From Candidatus Peribacteria bacterium (GTDB lineage: Bacteria > Patescibacteriota > Gracilibacteria > Peribacterales > Peribacteraceae): a stretch of 58,789 nucleotides of DNA. Each line of letters opens with the position of its first letter. Within the stretch, counting starts at the first letter, position 1. Below are positions 17,374 through 26,393 of this stretch, in pieces. The notes under the pieces are model-generated. The model was not told the DNA's origin, did no database searches, and was given only the letters and a program-made list of their open reading frames with translations. A program made the translations under genes and the position numbers. The stretch covers positions 1-58,789 of the forward strand of contig CALRCM010000003.1 of assembly GCA_943354555.1 (NCBI GenBank). The letters are read 5' to 3'.

Positions 17374-18615
17374 ATGGGCAGGCTAATGACAGTATTTCTG
17401 ACATTTATGTTTATAGGCGTTGCGGGATTTTTTGCAACGCAGAAATATATTCTTGAGCCTCTGAATGGAAAAAATTTGCTTGGACAAACCCCCCCACCGG
17501 TTCCTGCCGCATGCCTTCCTCCGATTTCCAATGGCTGTGCATGCGCAACAAGCATTAACTGTGCAGTATCGGGAACCTGTCAAAGAGCATCATGCATGAA
17601 AGATTTTTACAATGGGGCTTGTGTCTATCCGACGACGCAGATCCCTTATATTGCCTGGTGTTATCACTCGATGACGCAGTGCAATAATACGGAGAAGGAC
17701 ACACAGTGTAACTGGAAAGCATGCAGGGCTCCGGCTCCAAGCAATACATGCAGCTGCGTGTTGGATTATCCGACCGGAGCAGCCTGCGCCGGAGGGGCAA
17801 CACTCGTTGGGGGAGGATTTCAGACAAAGGCTGCATGCAATACTTTTTGCTCCACGCTGCCTCCACCACCAGTGCAGTGCGGAGGAACGGGCACTTCATG
17901 CAATGGAGGATCATGCCCAATGGGTCAATCATGCAGCGGTGCTGCAGGGGTGGCTTGTGGATGTGTAAATAACACTCCGCCCCCTCCCCCACCACCAGTT
18001 TGCGGTGGACCCATTTCAGCATGCGGTGGAACATGTCCTGTCAGCGGAGAAACATGTAGGAATGTTAATGGAGCATGTGCCTGCGCAGCTCCACCAAATT
18101 GTAGAGCTGCAGGTCTTTCCTGTACCAATACAGGAGGAGCTTGCCCTCCAGGCACGAGCTGCAGAAGGCAAAGTGGCTCTTGTGGATGCCACCCGATTAC
18201 CCCTCCCCCACCGCCAGCATGCCCTGCACATACAAAAGCAGGCGAGCCCGTTGAAGTTTGTGGAGTTTCAGGGCCAGCTCTGGGCACTCCTGGCTGGAGA
18301 GTCAATAGCCCCCCTGTAGCAAACTTTATTGCAGGTTTAGTCAATGATGCTACTTCAGCTGCTGAAAGAAGATGTGAAACTGTACCTACAGCTGCATGCA
18401 ATGGGGGTTGTAAACCCGACACCGTGGGTCATCCGACGACAGGAAAAGTGCCGTCACTGTCTTCAAACGTAGGTCCATTCGACGTCAGAGACGATGGTAG
18501 TATTTTCTGCAATGGTGCCTGGATGAATGTAATGCCTGCAAAAACTAATTCTGCACAAAAAGCGAAGTATATTCGCGCAACCTGTAACGTAACCCTGTAC
18601 TGCATTCCGAACTAA
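17374..18615 (+). CDS. Membrane-anchored Cys-rich protein with 6-Cys repeats and poly-Pro spacers
   Basis: N-terminal TM; about 42 Cys by manual count. Confidence 0.8.
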   Translation: MGRLMTVFLTFMFIGVAGFFATQKYILEPLNGKNLLGQTPPPVPAACLPPISNGCACATSINCAVSGTCQRASCMKDFYNGACVYPTTQIPYIAWCYHSMTQCNNTEKDTQCNWKACRAPAPSNTCSCVLDYPTGAACAGGATLVGGGFQTKAACNTFCSTLPPPPVQCGGTGTSCNGGSCPMGQSCSGAAGVACGCVNNTPPPPPPPVCGGPISACGGTCPVSGETCRNVNGACACAAPPNCRAAGLSCTNTGGACPPGTSCRRQSGSCGCHPITPPPPPACPAHTKAGEPVEVCGVSGPALGTPGWRVNSPPVANFIAGLVNDATSAAERRCETVPTAACNGGCKPDTVGHPTTGKVPSLSSNVGPFDVRDDGSIFCNGAWMNVMPAKTNSAQKAKYIRATCNVTLYCIPN

Positions 18616-18723
18616 AGTTTTTTGTTAAAATACCGCTCGAAACTGAAAGGTGTCTGTCCGCCAGAACGCTGTCGGGCTGATGAATCGGCTGACGAGTAGG
18701 CGGAAAATCTATAAGCTATAAGC

Positions 18724-19587
18724 ATGTCCGCCCTCCTCCTCTCCGGCCGTGAAGCATCCGCAGCAATCCTCGCTGCACTCAAGCCGAAGATCGGGAAGCT
18801 CGATCCGAAGCTCGTCGTCGTACAGGTCGGCGATGATCCGGGAAGCAGCAGCTATATCAAACAAAAAATCAAAAGCGCGGCTGAAGTCGGCATGCGATCG
18901 GAGCACTGCCATCTGGCTTCTTCAATGTCTCTTGAAGAACTGCTCTCCAAAGTCGCTGAATTGAATGCCGATCCCGACGTCACGGGCTTCATCGTTCAGC
19001 TCCCTCTCCCCGATCATCTTCAGCCGCACGTTCCCGAAATCATCCGTGCGATTGATCCCAAAAAAGACGTCGACGGTTTTGGAGCGTATAACCTCGGCAA
19101 AGTTTTTCTTTCCAAAGAATTCGAACATCTTCCTCCAGCAACTCCTGCAGGGATCATCATGCTCCTCGAGTACTACAAGATTCCCGTCGCAGGAAAACAT
19201 GTCGTGATCGTCGGCCGCAGCAACATCGTTGGAAAGCCTCTCGCGGTGATGATGCTCAACCGCGACGCAACAGTAACCGTGTGCCACAGCAAGACGAAAA
19301 ATCTCTCCGCAATCACCAAGCAAGCAGACATTCTCGTCGCAGCAATCGGTAAACCGAAGTTCATCACCGGAGACATGGTGAAACCTGGAGCCATTGTCAT
19401 CGACGTCGGTACCAGTCGTGTCGATGGCAAACTCACAGGTGATGTGGACTTCGAAGTGGTTCAAGAAATTGCCTCGGCAATCACGCCGGTACCAGGAGGA
19501 GTAGGCCCGATGACTGTCTGCTCATTGATCAAAAATTGTGTTCAGGCTAAAGAGCGCCAGATGAAGGATATGCAGACAAATATCTAA
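18724..19587 (+). CDS. folD: Bifunctional methylene-THF dehydrogenase/cyclohydrolase
   Basis: VQLPLP, KDVDG, GRSNIVGKP, ITPVPGGVGPMT. Confidence 0.97.
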   Translation: MSALLLSGREASAAILAALKPKIGKLDPKLVVVQVGDDPGSSSYIKQKIKSAAEVGMRSEHCHLASSMSLEELLSKVAELNADPDVTGFIVQLPLPDHLQPHVPEIIRAIDPKKDVDGFGAYNLGKVFLSKEFEHLPPATPAGIIMLLEYYKIPVAGKHVVIVGRSNIVGKPLAVMMLNRDATVTVCHSKTKNLSAITKQADILVAAIGKPKFITGDMVKPGAIVIDVGTSRVDGKLTGDVDFEVVQEIASAITPVPGGVGPMTVCSLIKNCVQAKERQMKDMQTNI

Positions 19588-19673
19588 GGATTTATCATTC
19601 CCATATTCGAGCGAAATACGTACGATTATGACGTCTCTTTCTTGTCGCTAACCACCGGAAAGGAGGTGATGAC

Positions 19674-20006
19674 ATGTACGAACTCGACGGAGACACCCGA
19701 TCCTTTGCAGAACTGCCTCTACACACGATTCTCCAGATGGATATCGGTGAATTTTTCCAAAAGGCCTCTGATACAGAGATCCAGTTGGTTGAGCTCACCT
19801 CAGATGGGACCTTCGAGCCACGCACACCGCGCTTTGTGTGGGCCGATGTCTACACATGGGGCTTTCAGGTTCTTTCTGAAAGCGACCTAGAGCGATGTCG
19901 GGCTATCCAAAGTATGGATGCGAAGATTCCCTCTGCATGGACTTTGTGTGCCGTTGCGGCTGCTGTAGCTTTGATCGGACTACTGGTCTTTGCCTTAGGG
20001 CACTAG
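19674..20006 (+). CDS. Hypothetical protein with C-terminal TM helix
   Basis: Perfect SD AAGGAGGTGAT upstream; terminator directly after. Confidence 0.7.
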   Translation: MYELDGDTRSFAELPLHTILQMDIGEFFQKASDTEIQLVELTSDGTFEPRTPRFVWADVYTWGFQVLSESDLERCRAIQSMDAKIPSAWTLCAVAAAVALIGLLVFALGH

Positions 20007-20009
20007 ACT

Positions 20010-20042
20010 GGAGGATGCCTGACTCAACCCAGGCGTCCTTTT
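20010..20042 (+). terminator. Intrinsic terminator
   Basis: GGAGGATGCCTG-loop-CAGGCGTCCTTTT. Confidence 0.7.
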
Positions 20043-20172
20043 CATGTGCAAGCGAAGATGCATTCTCTTGCGATTCCACACATTTTCCGTAGAATCTCTT
20101 CATGGGAGCCCACTCCACTTCCCTTCAGACACTCACGAAAGTTTCGTGCGTGGTGTCTTTGAGTGTTCTTAT

Positions 20173-20199
20173 CCGTAACCCGTAACCCGTAACCAGCAA
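20173..20199 (+). repeat. Heptamer array (CCGTAAC x3 + CAGCAA) just upstream of purF
   Basis: Directly visible; unit is the reverse complement of the GGTTACG units in carB. Confidence 0.8.
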
Positions 20200-20205
20200 T
20201 TATTC

Positions 20206-21717
20206 ATGTGTGGAATTATCGCCGCCTCCGGCTTCCGTAACGTCATTCAGGATCTGTATGACGGTCTCATTGTGCTCCAGCACAGAGGGCAAGACGCCGC
20301 CGGCATCGTCACGTATAACGACCAGTTTCACCTGAAGAAAAGCAACGGCATGGTACGCGATGTGTTTCATGCCAAATCCCTCCAGCGCCTGCAGGGCCCC
20401 ATGGGCATCGGTCATGTACGCTATCCGACCGCAGGATGCAGCAGTGAATTCGAGGCCCAGCCGTTCTTCATCTCCACGCCTTTCGGTATCGCCCTCGCGC
20501 ATAACGGCAACCTCACGAATACTGCGGATTTGCGACGCAAACTGATGGAGAAGGAGTACCACCACCTCAATACCAATTCCGATTCCGAAGTCCTGCTGAA
20601 TATCTTTGCAGTTGCGCTACGCCACCAGCATCCAAAAAAACTCACCCCCGAGCATGTCTTCGGTGCTGTCAAAACACTGATGGGCAAATGCAAGGGGGCC
20701 TACTCCGCCGTTGCACTCATCGGCGGGCAGGGAATTCTGGGATTCCGTGACCCGCACGGTATCCGACCACTGCAGCTCGGGAAGAGGCGCTTCGGCATGA
20801 AAGAGGAATACATGATCACCTCGGAAAACACCGTTTTTCATGCGCTCGATTACGAATTCGTACGCGATATCCGGCCGGGGGAAGCCGTCTTCATCGACCG
20901 CAAAAATAGGCTGCATAGCAGGCAAGTGGTAAAAGGCCAGCTCAACCCCTGCATGTTTGAGTGGGTCTACCTCGCAGCTCCGGACTCTACGATCGACGGC
21001 GTAAACGTCTACAAGGCACGTATCCGCATGGGTGAAGCACTCGCAAAGCAGATCAAGAAAGCAGGGATCCATATCGACTCCGTTATCCCTATTCCGGATA
21101 CCGGTCGCCCCGCAGCTGCCGGCCTCGCAGACAAGCTCAAGATCCGCTACCGTGAGGGCTTTGTAAAAAACCGCTACATCGGGCGCACCTTCATCATGCC
21201 GGGCCAGTCCGTACGCAAGCGCTCACTGAAGTTCAAGCTGCACCCGATCGAACTGGAGTTCAGAAACCAGAATGTACTCCTCATTGATGATTCAATTGTC
21301 CGCGGAAATACCAGCAAAAAGATTGTGGAGATCGCACGTGAAGCAGGAGCGAAGAAAGTCTACTTTGCATCCGCCTCACCCCCGATCATCGGACCCGATC
21401 CCTACGGGATAGATCTGCCGACAACCAGCGAATTGATCGCCGCAAACATGAGCATAGAGCAGATCCGGAAATTTATCGGAGCGGACGGACTTTTCTATAA
21501 CACCATCGACGACATCCGCTCTGCCGTGCAATACGGTAACCGCAATATCAAGAAATTCTCCGAAGGGTGCTTTACGGGTAAGTACCCTACCCCTGAAGTG
21601 AATGCTAAATTCCTCAAATCGCTCGGACAAGGGCGCAATGAAACACGCGATGCGTATGATGCAGAACAGATAGCGGAGGATAATAGCGGGGATCAAAGGA
21701 TGATGGCGTTGGTGTAA
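20206..21717 (+). CDS. purF: Amidophosphoribosyltransferase
   Basis: N-terminal MCGI, LQHRGQDAAG, GHVRYPTAG, HNGNL, LIDDSIVRGNT. Confidence 0.98.
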   Translation: MCGIIAASGFRNVIQDLYDGLIVLQHRGQDAAGIVTYNDQFHLKKSNGMVRDVFHAKSLQRLQGPMGIGHVRYPTAGCSSEFEAQPFFISTPFGIALAHNGNLTNTADLRRKLMEKEYHHLNTNSDSEVLLNIFAVALRHQHPKKLTPEHVFGAVKTLMGKCKGAYSAVALIGGQGILGFRDPHGIRPLQLGKRRFGMKEEYMITSENTVFHALDYEFVRDIRPGEAVFIDRKNRLHSRQVVKGQLNPCMFEWVYLAAPDSTIDGVNVYKARIRMGEALAKQIKKAGIHIDSVIPIPDTGRPAAAGLADKLKIRYREGFVKNRYIGRTFIMPGQSVRKRSLKFKLHPIELEFRNQNVLLIDDSIVRGNTSKKIVEIAREAGAKKVYFASASPPIIGPDPYGIDLPTTSELIAANMSIEQIRKFIGADGLFYNTIDDIRSAVQYGNRNIKKFSEGCFTGKYPTPEVNAKFLKSLGQGRNETRDAYDAEQIAEDNSGDQRMMALV

Positions 21718-21752
21718 AGGCATGGCTGCTGTCGTATGGAATACATGCATCC

Positions 21753-21780
21753 GTAGAGACGGCACGCGTGCCGTCTCTAC
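21753..21780. repeat. GTAG-type REP-like perfect palindrome
   Basis: GTAGAGACGGCACGCGTGCCGTCTCTAC. Confidence 0.75.
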
Positions 21781-21843
21781 CGCAAGCGATATTGGAAATT
21801 TTTTTATGAAGAAAGCAAGAACCACCTGTTACAATGGACACAC

Positions 21844-23175
21844 ATGAAAATTCTTCTTGTTTCCTCCTCCGCCCGCGGACATGCCGTCGCCGAAGCACTT
21901 GCCCGTAGCAGACACAAACCCGAGATCATTGCCGTAAGTCCCAACGATAACATCGGGATTGCACGGATTGCCGATATTCACATGGCGATGGACATCATGG
22001 ACTTTCCGGCAATCGTGGAAATCACAAAGAAGCACAAGCCCGATTTTGCATTCATCGGTCCGGACGATCCGATTGGCGGAGGGCTTGCGGATGCACTCGA
22101 AGCAGTAGGCGTGCCATGCATTGCGCCGAAGAAATCCCTTGCACGCATCGAAAGCTCAAAAGCATTTGGACGCCAGCTGATGCAGAAGAATGCCATTAAT
22201 GAATTTCCTAGATTTATGGCTTTCCATAAGGCTGATCGTAAATTGATGAATACATTTATTACTCAAGAGTGTCATGACCAGTTCGTTGTAAAATATGATG
22301 CGCTCAAAGGAGGGAAAGGAGTAAAAGTCAGTGGTGAACACTTCAAGTCCACCACTGAGGGTATTGCTTATGCAGAAGAGTGCATACAAGAATGCGGGAC
22401 TGTGGTCATCGAGGAAAAACTGATTGGAGTGGAGTTTAGTTTGATGAGTTTTGTAACAGGCACTTCTGTCGTGGATATGCCTGCTGTGCAGGATCATAAA
22501 AGAGCATATGAAGGAGACAAAGGTCCCAATACAGGCGGAATGGGTACCTACTCCTGTCCAGATCATTCACTACCCTTCCTAGAGAAATCTGATCTTGAAC
22601 AAGCAAAGAAGATTAACAGACAGATAGCCGAAGCCCTGCTGAAGGAATGCGGGGAGCCCTACCAGGGAATCCTCTATGGAGGATTTATTGCCGTAAAAGA
22701 TGGCATTCGGGTTATTGAATATAACGCACGCTTCGGTGACCCTGAGGCACTGAATGTGCTGCCGATACTGGAATCCGACTTCGTCGATCTGTGTCTGGGA
22801 ATAATTGAGGGAAATATCACCGAGGAGATGGCACGATTTTCACCGAAAGCAACGGTCTGCAAATACATCACGCCAAAGAGTTACCCTGAAGCGAAAGAGG
22901 AAAATGGAGAGAGTGTCACTCTCCCGATACAGGGCGGCAGGAAAGATTCCCACATCTATATGGGGGATATTTCGAGGAATGCAAGAGGCGATTTCCTTCT
23001 CGGTGGATCGCGTTCATTAGGTATTGTTGGAATAGGTTCAACCCTAGAAGAAGCGGAAAATGTTGCACAAAAAATTTGTTCAGAAATTCAAGGACCTGTG
23101 CGGTTTCGTTCGGATATCGGAACAGAGGCATTAGTGCTAGAACGCGTAGAAATGATGAAGAAGTTGCGGAGCTAA
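21844..23175 (+). CDS. purD: Phosphoribosylamine-glycine ligase
   Basis: IESSKAF, GGKGV, QDHKRAYEGDKGPNTGGMG, IEYNARFGDPE, FRSDIG. Confidence 0.97.
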   Translation: MKILLVSSSARGHAVAEALARSRHKPEIIAVSPNDNIGIARIADIHMAMDIMDFPAIVEITKKHKPDFAFIGPDDPIGGGLADALEAVGVPCIAPKKSLARIESSKAFGRQLMQKNAINEFPRFMAFHKADRKLMNTFITQECHDQFVVKYDALKGGKGVKVSGEHFKSTTEGIAYAEECIQECGTVVIEEKLIGVEFSLMSFVTGTSVVDMPAVQDHKRAYEGDKGPNTGGMGTYSCPDHSLPFLEKSDLEQAKKINRQIAEALLKECGEPYQGILYGGFIAVKDGIRVIEYNARFGDPEALNVLPILESDFVDLCLGIIEGNITEEMARFSPKATVCKYITPKSYPEAKEENGESVTLPIQGGRKDSHIYMGDISRNARGDFLLGGSRSLGIVGIGSTLEEAENVAQKICSEIQGPVRFRSDIGTEALVLERVEMMKKLRS

Positions 23176-23188
23176 ATTATCATATTAA

Positions 23189-23260
23189 AACCGCAGGCAG
23201 AAAGCCTGCTCCGTATATGCTAATAACCGAAAATCGGGAGCAGCTTTTCTAGCTGCGGTC
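23189..23260. repeat. 72-bp palindromic intergenic repeat, copy 2
   Basis: Arms identical to 13765-13836, with a different centre of the same length. Confidence 0.9.
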
Positions 23261-23377
23261 CGATTGCCAGTCTTTCTTAACAAGAAAGGAATGGGTCAAA
23301 CCATGTAGGACAGGAAGGTTTCTGTCCTACAAGTTTTGACTGGCACAGAGCAGAAGAATCGTCCTACCATTGGGTAG

Positions 23378-24691
23378 ATGCGTCGCACCGACCTAACTAC
23401 ATTCCTGATTCCCTTCGTCTACTTCATCGCAGGAGCAAGCAGTCTTGCTGGAGTTGCAACAACGTTTTTCTACAAAGATGATCTCGGGCTCACACTGGAG
23501 CAGTTGGGAATACTTAGTTCCATCGCAATCATCCCGTGGAGCATCAAGCCGATGTACGGCATTCTCTCGGACCGCGTTCCGGTATGGGGCCTTCGCAGAA
23601 AACCCTATCTTATCCTGAGCGGATTCCTCTCAAGCATCGGCTATCTTTCGCTTGCAACGTGGGTAACGGATTTTTGGGGAGTGCTCTTCGCAGAAGTTGT
23701 TGCATCATTGGGATTCGCACTAGCAGATGTCATTGTCGATGGCATTGTTGCCGAACGCAGTAAGTCTCACAAAGCTGCAGGAAAACTTCAGAGTATTTGC
23801 AGAGCAGCCATCATGTTCGGCGCGCTGATCGTTGCCTATAGCTCCGGCATTCTTACGGAATCCATCGGAGCACGTCGCGTTTTTCTTCTGACAGCAACTT
23901 TGCCACTGCTGACGTCGCTCATTGCTGTATTCCTTAAAGAACTTCCTGCAGAAATCACCGTATGGAACTGGCGGAAAACATGGGCAAATTTTAAAAGCGC
24001 GCTTTCACCGGCAATTCTCTGGTCTGCCCTCTTTCTCTTTATCTGGAGAGCAACACCGAGCAGTGGCGGAGCCCTTGGGTACTACATGATCGATGAGCTG
24101 CACTTCGATCCGGAGTTCTTCGGCCGCCTGAGTGTCATCAGCCGCTTCATGAGCATCGTCGGCGTATTGATCTTCCGCAAATGGCTTATTGCAGTTCCCA
24201 TGAAAAAACTTCTCTGCGGCATTGTCTTTGCGAGTGTAATACTAAGTCTGCCCACTTTGGGACTCGTATACCGGTGGTATGAAATTCTCGGTATGAGTCC
24301 GAAGTTTTTCGCCATGGCCGATACGCTGATCTCCGGCCCACTTACAGAAATAGGATTCCTTCCCCTTCTCGTTCTTGTCGCAAGAGTATGCCCGAAAGGA
24401 GTGGAGGCAACGGTCTTTGCGGTGCTCGCAAGCATTATGAATATCGGCCTTGCCATCAGTGACATCGGCGGAGCGTCACTCGTGCATTTCTTCGATATTC
24501 ATCAGGCAACGGAAACTCTTGCAGCGAATTACACAAACCTCGACAAGGTTTTATGGATAGCGATCCTCAGTAGCTTTCTGCCCTTGCCGCTTCTGCCGTT
24601 TTTGCCTGAAACACGTACAGAGGAAGAGCTCGTATCCGATATTTCTCCTTCAGCTATTTCGAACCAAATCACTGGAAAGGAGATGGTTTAA
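23378..24691 (+). CDS. BT1-family folate/biopterin transporter (MFS)
   Basis: IPWSIKPMYGILSD, RRKPYL, ADVIVDG, CPKGVEATVFAVLASIMN; about 12 TM helices. Confidence 0.88.
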   Translation: MRRTDLTTFLIPFVYFIAGASSLAGVATTFFYKDDLGLTLEQLGILSSIAIIPWSIKPMYGILSDRVPVWGLRRKPYLILSGFLSSIGYLSLATWVTDFWGVLFAEVVASLGFALADVIVDGIVAERSKSHKAAGKLQSICRAAIMFGALIVAYSSGILTESIGARRVFLLTATLPLLTSLIAVFLKELPAEITVWNWRKTWANFKSALSPAILWSALFLFIWRATPSSGGALGYYMIDELHFDPEFFGRLSVISRFMSIVGVLIFRKWLIAVPMKKLLCGIVFASVILSLPTLGLVYRWYEILGMSPKFFAMADTLISGPLTEIGFLPLLVLVARVCPKGVEATVFAVLASIMNIGLAISDIGGASLVHFFDIHQATETLAANYTNLDKVLWIAILSSFLPLPLLPFLPETRTEEELVSDISPSAISNQITGKEMV

Positions 24692-24816
24692 GACTTGAAA
24701 AATACTTGCTTATATTTGGATTTATTTTATAATATATTTAGCCTGAGCCCATTGTGGCTTACTCACTTGAGCTGCGTTCCTCAGGCTAGGACGCGCTCTT
24801 TGCAAATCATGGGGTC

Positions 24817-25152
24817 ATGATGTCACACATTGAAATTCTGTCCGCTGTTTCTGCTGTCGTGCTGATCATTGCAACCGTCGTTGCATGGAACAGCAAAAAA
24901 ACTCTGGAGTACCTGGGTGCAATTGGACTGGTCACTGCACTCACGCTCTGGGGCTACTTCCTATGTGAAGGGTACGACTTGTACCTCAAACATAGCAATC
25001 AGTTGCTGGGAGCTTGTCTCCTGGGAAGTATCGTGTGCGCAATGGGAATCCATTTCGGCCCCAGCCGCACATGGAAGAGAATTGCGTGCGCGGGCGGAGC
25101 ATCATGCTTCATGGTTGTTGCCTTCGCTGTAGGCTGCAACTTCTCATGGTAA
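24817..25152 (+). CDS. Hypothetical 4-TM membrane protein
   Basis: Four hydrophobic segments; TATAAT at 24728 and a TAGCCTGAG/CTCAGGCTA leader hairpin upstream. Confidence 0.65.
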   Translation: MMSHIEILSAVSAVVLIIATVVAWNSKKTLEYLGAIGLVTALTLWGYFLCEGYDLYLKHSNQLLGACLLGSIVCAMGIHFGPSRTWKRIACAGGASCFMVVAFAVGCNFSW

Positions 25153-25172
25153 CGCATGAGCTCATCCATCAA

Positions 25173-25204
25173 GTCCCGGCACCTTAGCGTGCCGGGCAGT
25201 TTTT
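25173..25204. terminator. Hairpin between convergent genes
   Basis: GTCCCGGCAC-loop-GTGCCGGGC followed by AGTTTTT. Confidence 0.6.
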
Positions 25205-26261
25205 ATGTATGCATTTGTAATTTCTCCGCCGTATCGGCCTCTCGTAACGCCGCAACAATATCGCCCATGTCCCCTTCCATCACTGCAGGGATATTGCTGA
25301 AGTTCTGGTTAATACGATGATCGGTGATGCGGTCTTGGGGAAAGTTGTACGTGCGAATCTTCTCGCTTCGGTCACCTGTGCCGATCTGGTTACTGCGCAT
25401 GTCACCGCGCTCTTTGGCCTTGCGCTCCTGCTCAGCAGCGTAGAGACGGCTGCGCAAAAGAGACATCGCATTCATACGATTCTGCAGCTGTGAGCGTTCC
25501 GTCTGGCATGCAACAACAACGCCCGAAGGAAGATGCGTGATGCGGATTGCCGATTCCACTTTATTGACGTTTTGGCCTCCGGCTCCACCACTGCGGAACG
25601 TATCGATGCGCAGATCATTTGGGTTGATGACGATGTCTACTTCCTCGACTTCGGGAAGAATGGCAACGGTCACCGTGGACGTATGCACACGACCCTTCGC
25701 CTCTGTCTCGGGAATACGCTGGACGCGGTGCACACCGGACTCAAACTTGAGTGCACCGTATACACATTCTCCGGTAATGCGGGCAGTCGCGTTTTTTATA
25801 CCGCCTGCATCAGCATGGGAACTATCGACAAGTTCGGATTTCCAACCCTGATTCTCGCTGTAGCGCAGATACATCTTCAGGAGTTCCGCAGCAAAGAGTC
25901 CTGCTTCATCCCCCCCAGCTCCGGAACGCACTTCGAGAATGACGGAGCGATCATCGTCTGGGTCCTTGGGCACCATACGCTTGCGGATTTCCTCTTCAAG
26001 AACGGGTAGACGAGTCTGTGCCGCTATGGATTCTTCAAGAGCAATCGCCTTGAGCTCACTGTCACCTTCAAAATCCTCTGCAGATGCGATGGCCCGAAGA
26101 CATGCATCACGCTCGTCGAGAAGTGCCATAATCGGCAGTAAATCTTTTCTCCGCTTACTAAACGTCTTCACCTTCTGAATGTCGCCAAACACCGAAGGAT
26201 CTTCCAGTGAGCGATTCACTTCGGCAAATTCCCTGCGGAGAGCGGCAGCACGGTCGTCCAT
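25203..26261 (-). CDS. prfA: Peptide chain release factor 1
   Basis: GAGGQNVNK (GGQ), PET motif in [26 protein letters not shown]. Start placed at MDDRAA. Confidence 0.97.
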   Translation of the reverse strand: MDDRAAALRREFAEVNRSLEDPSVFGDIQKVKTFSKRRKDLLPIMALLDERDACLRAIASAEDFEGDSELKAIALEESIAAQTRLPVLEEEIRKRMVPKDPDDDRSVILEVRSGAGGDEAGLFAAELLKMYLRYSENQGWKSELVDSSHADAGGIKNATARITGECVYGALKFESGVHRVQRIPETEAKGRVHTSTVTVAILPEVEEVDIVINPNDLRIDTFRSGGAGGQNVNKVESAIRITHLPSGVVVACQTERSQLQNRMNAMSLLRSRLYAAEQERKAKERGDMRSNQIGTGDRSEKIRTYNFPQDRITDHRINQNFSNIPAVMEGDMGDIVAALREADTAEKLQMHT

Positions 26262-26306
26262 TGGGATAATCATAATGGGCAGCGGAGGAATGAGGAAGGA
26301 GAACGA

Positions 26307-26389
26307 AGAAAGAGAAGTAAGAGAAATAAGGGATGTACGGGAAAAAAGGGATATCCCTTTAATCCCTTATTTCCCTTATTTCTCTTCTT
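26307..26389. repeat. Inverted nonamer array (AAGAGAAAT/AAGGGA.. vs ..TCCCTTATT)
   Basis: Directly visible hairpin-forming array upstream of prfA. Confidence 0.75.
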
Positions 26390-26393
26390 GCCG

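Noticed and set aside
20100-20170. Purine/PRPP/ZTP riboswitch upstream of purF
   Set aside because: A hairpin exists (AGACAC..CACGAAAGTTTCGTG..GTGTCT), but no consensus of these riboswitch classes and no terminator was recognised.
13765-23260. CRISPR array
   Set aside because: Only two copies, 9.4 kb apart; no repeat-spacer periodicity and no cas genes anywhere in the window.
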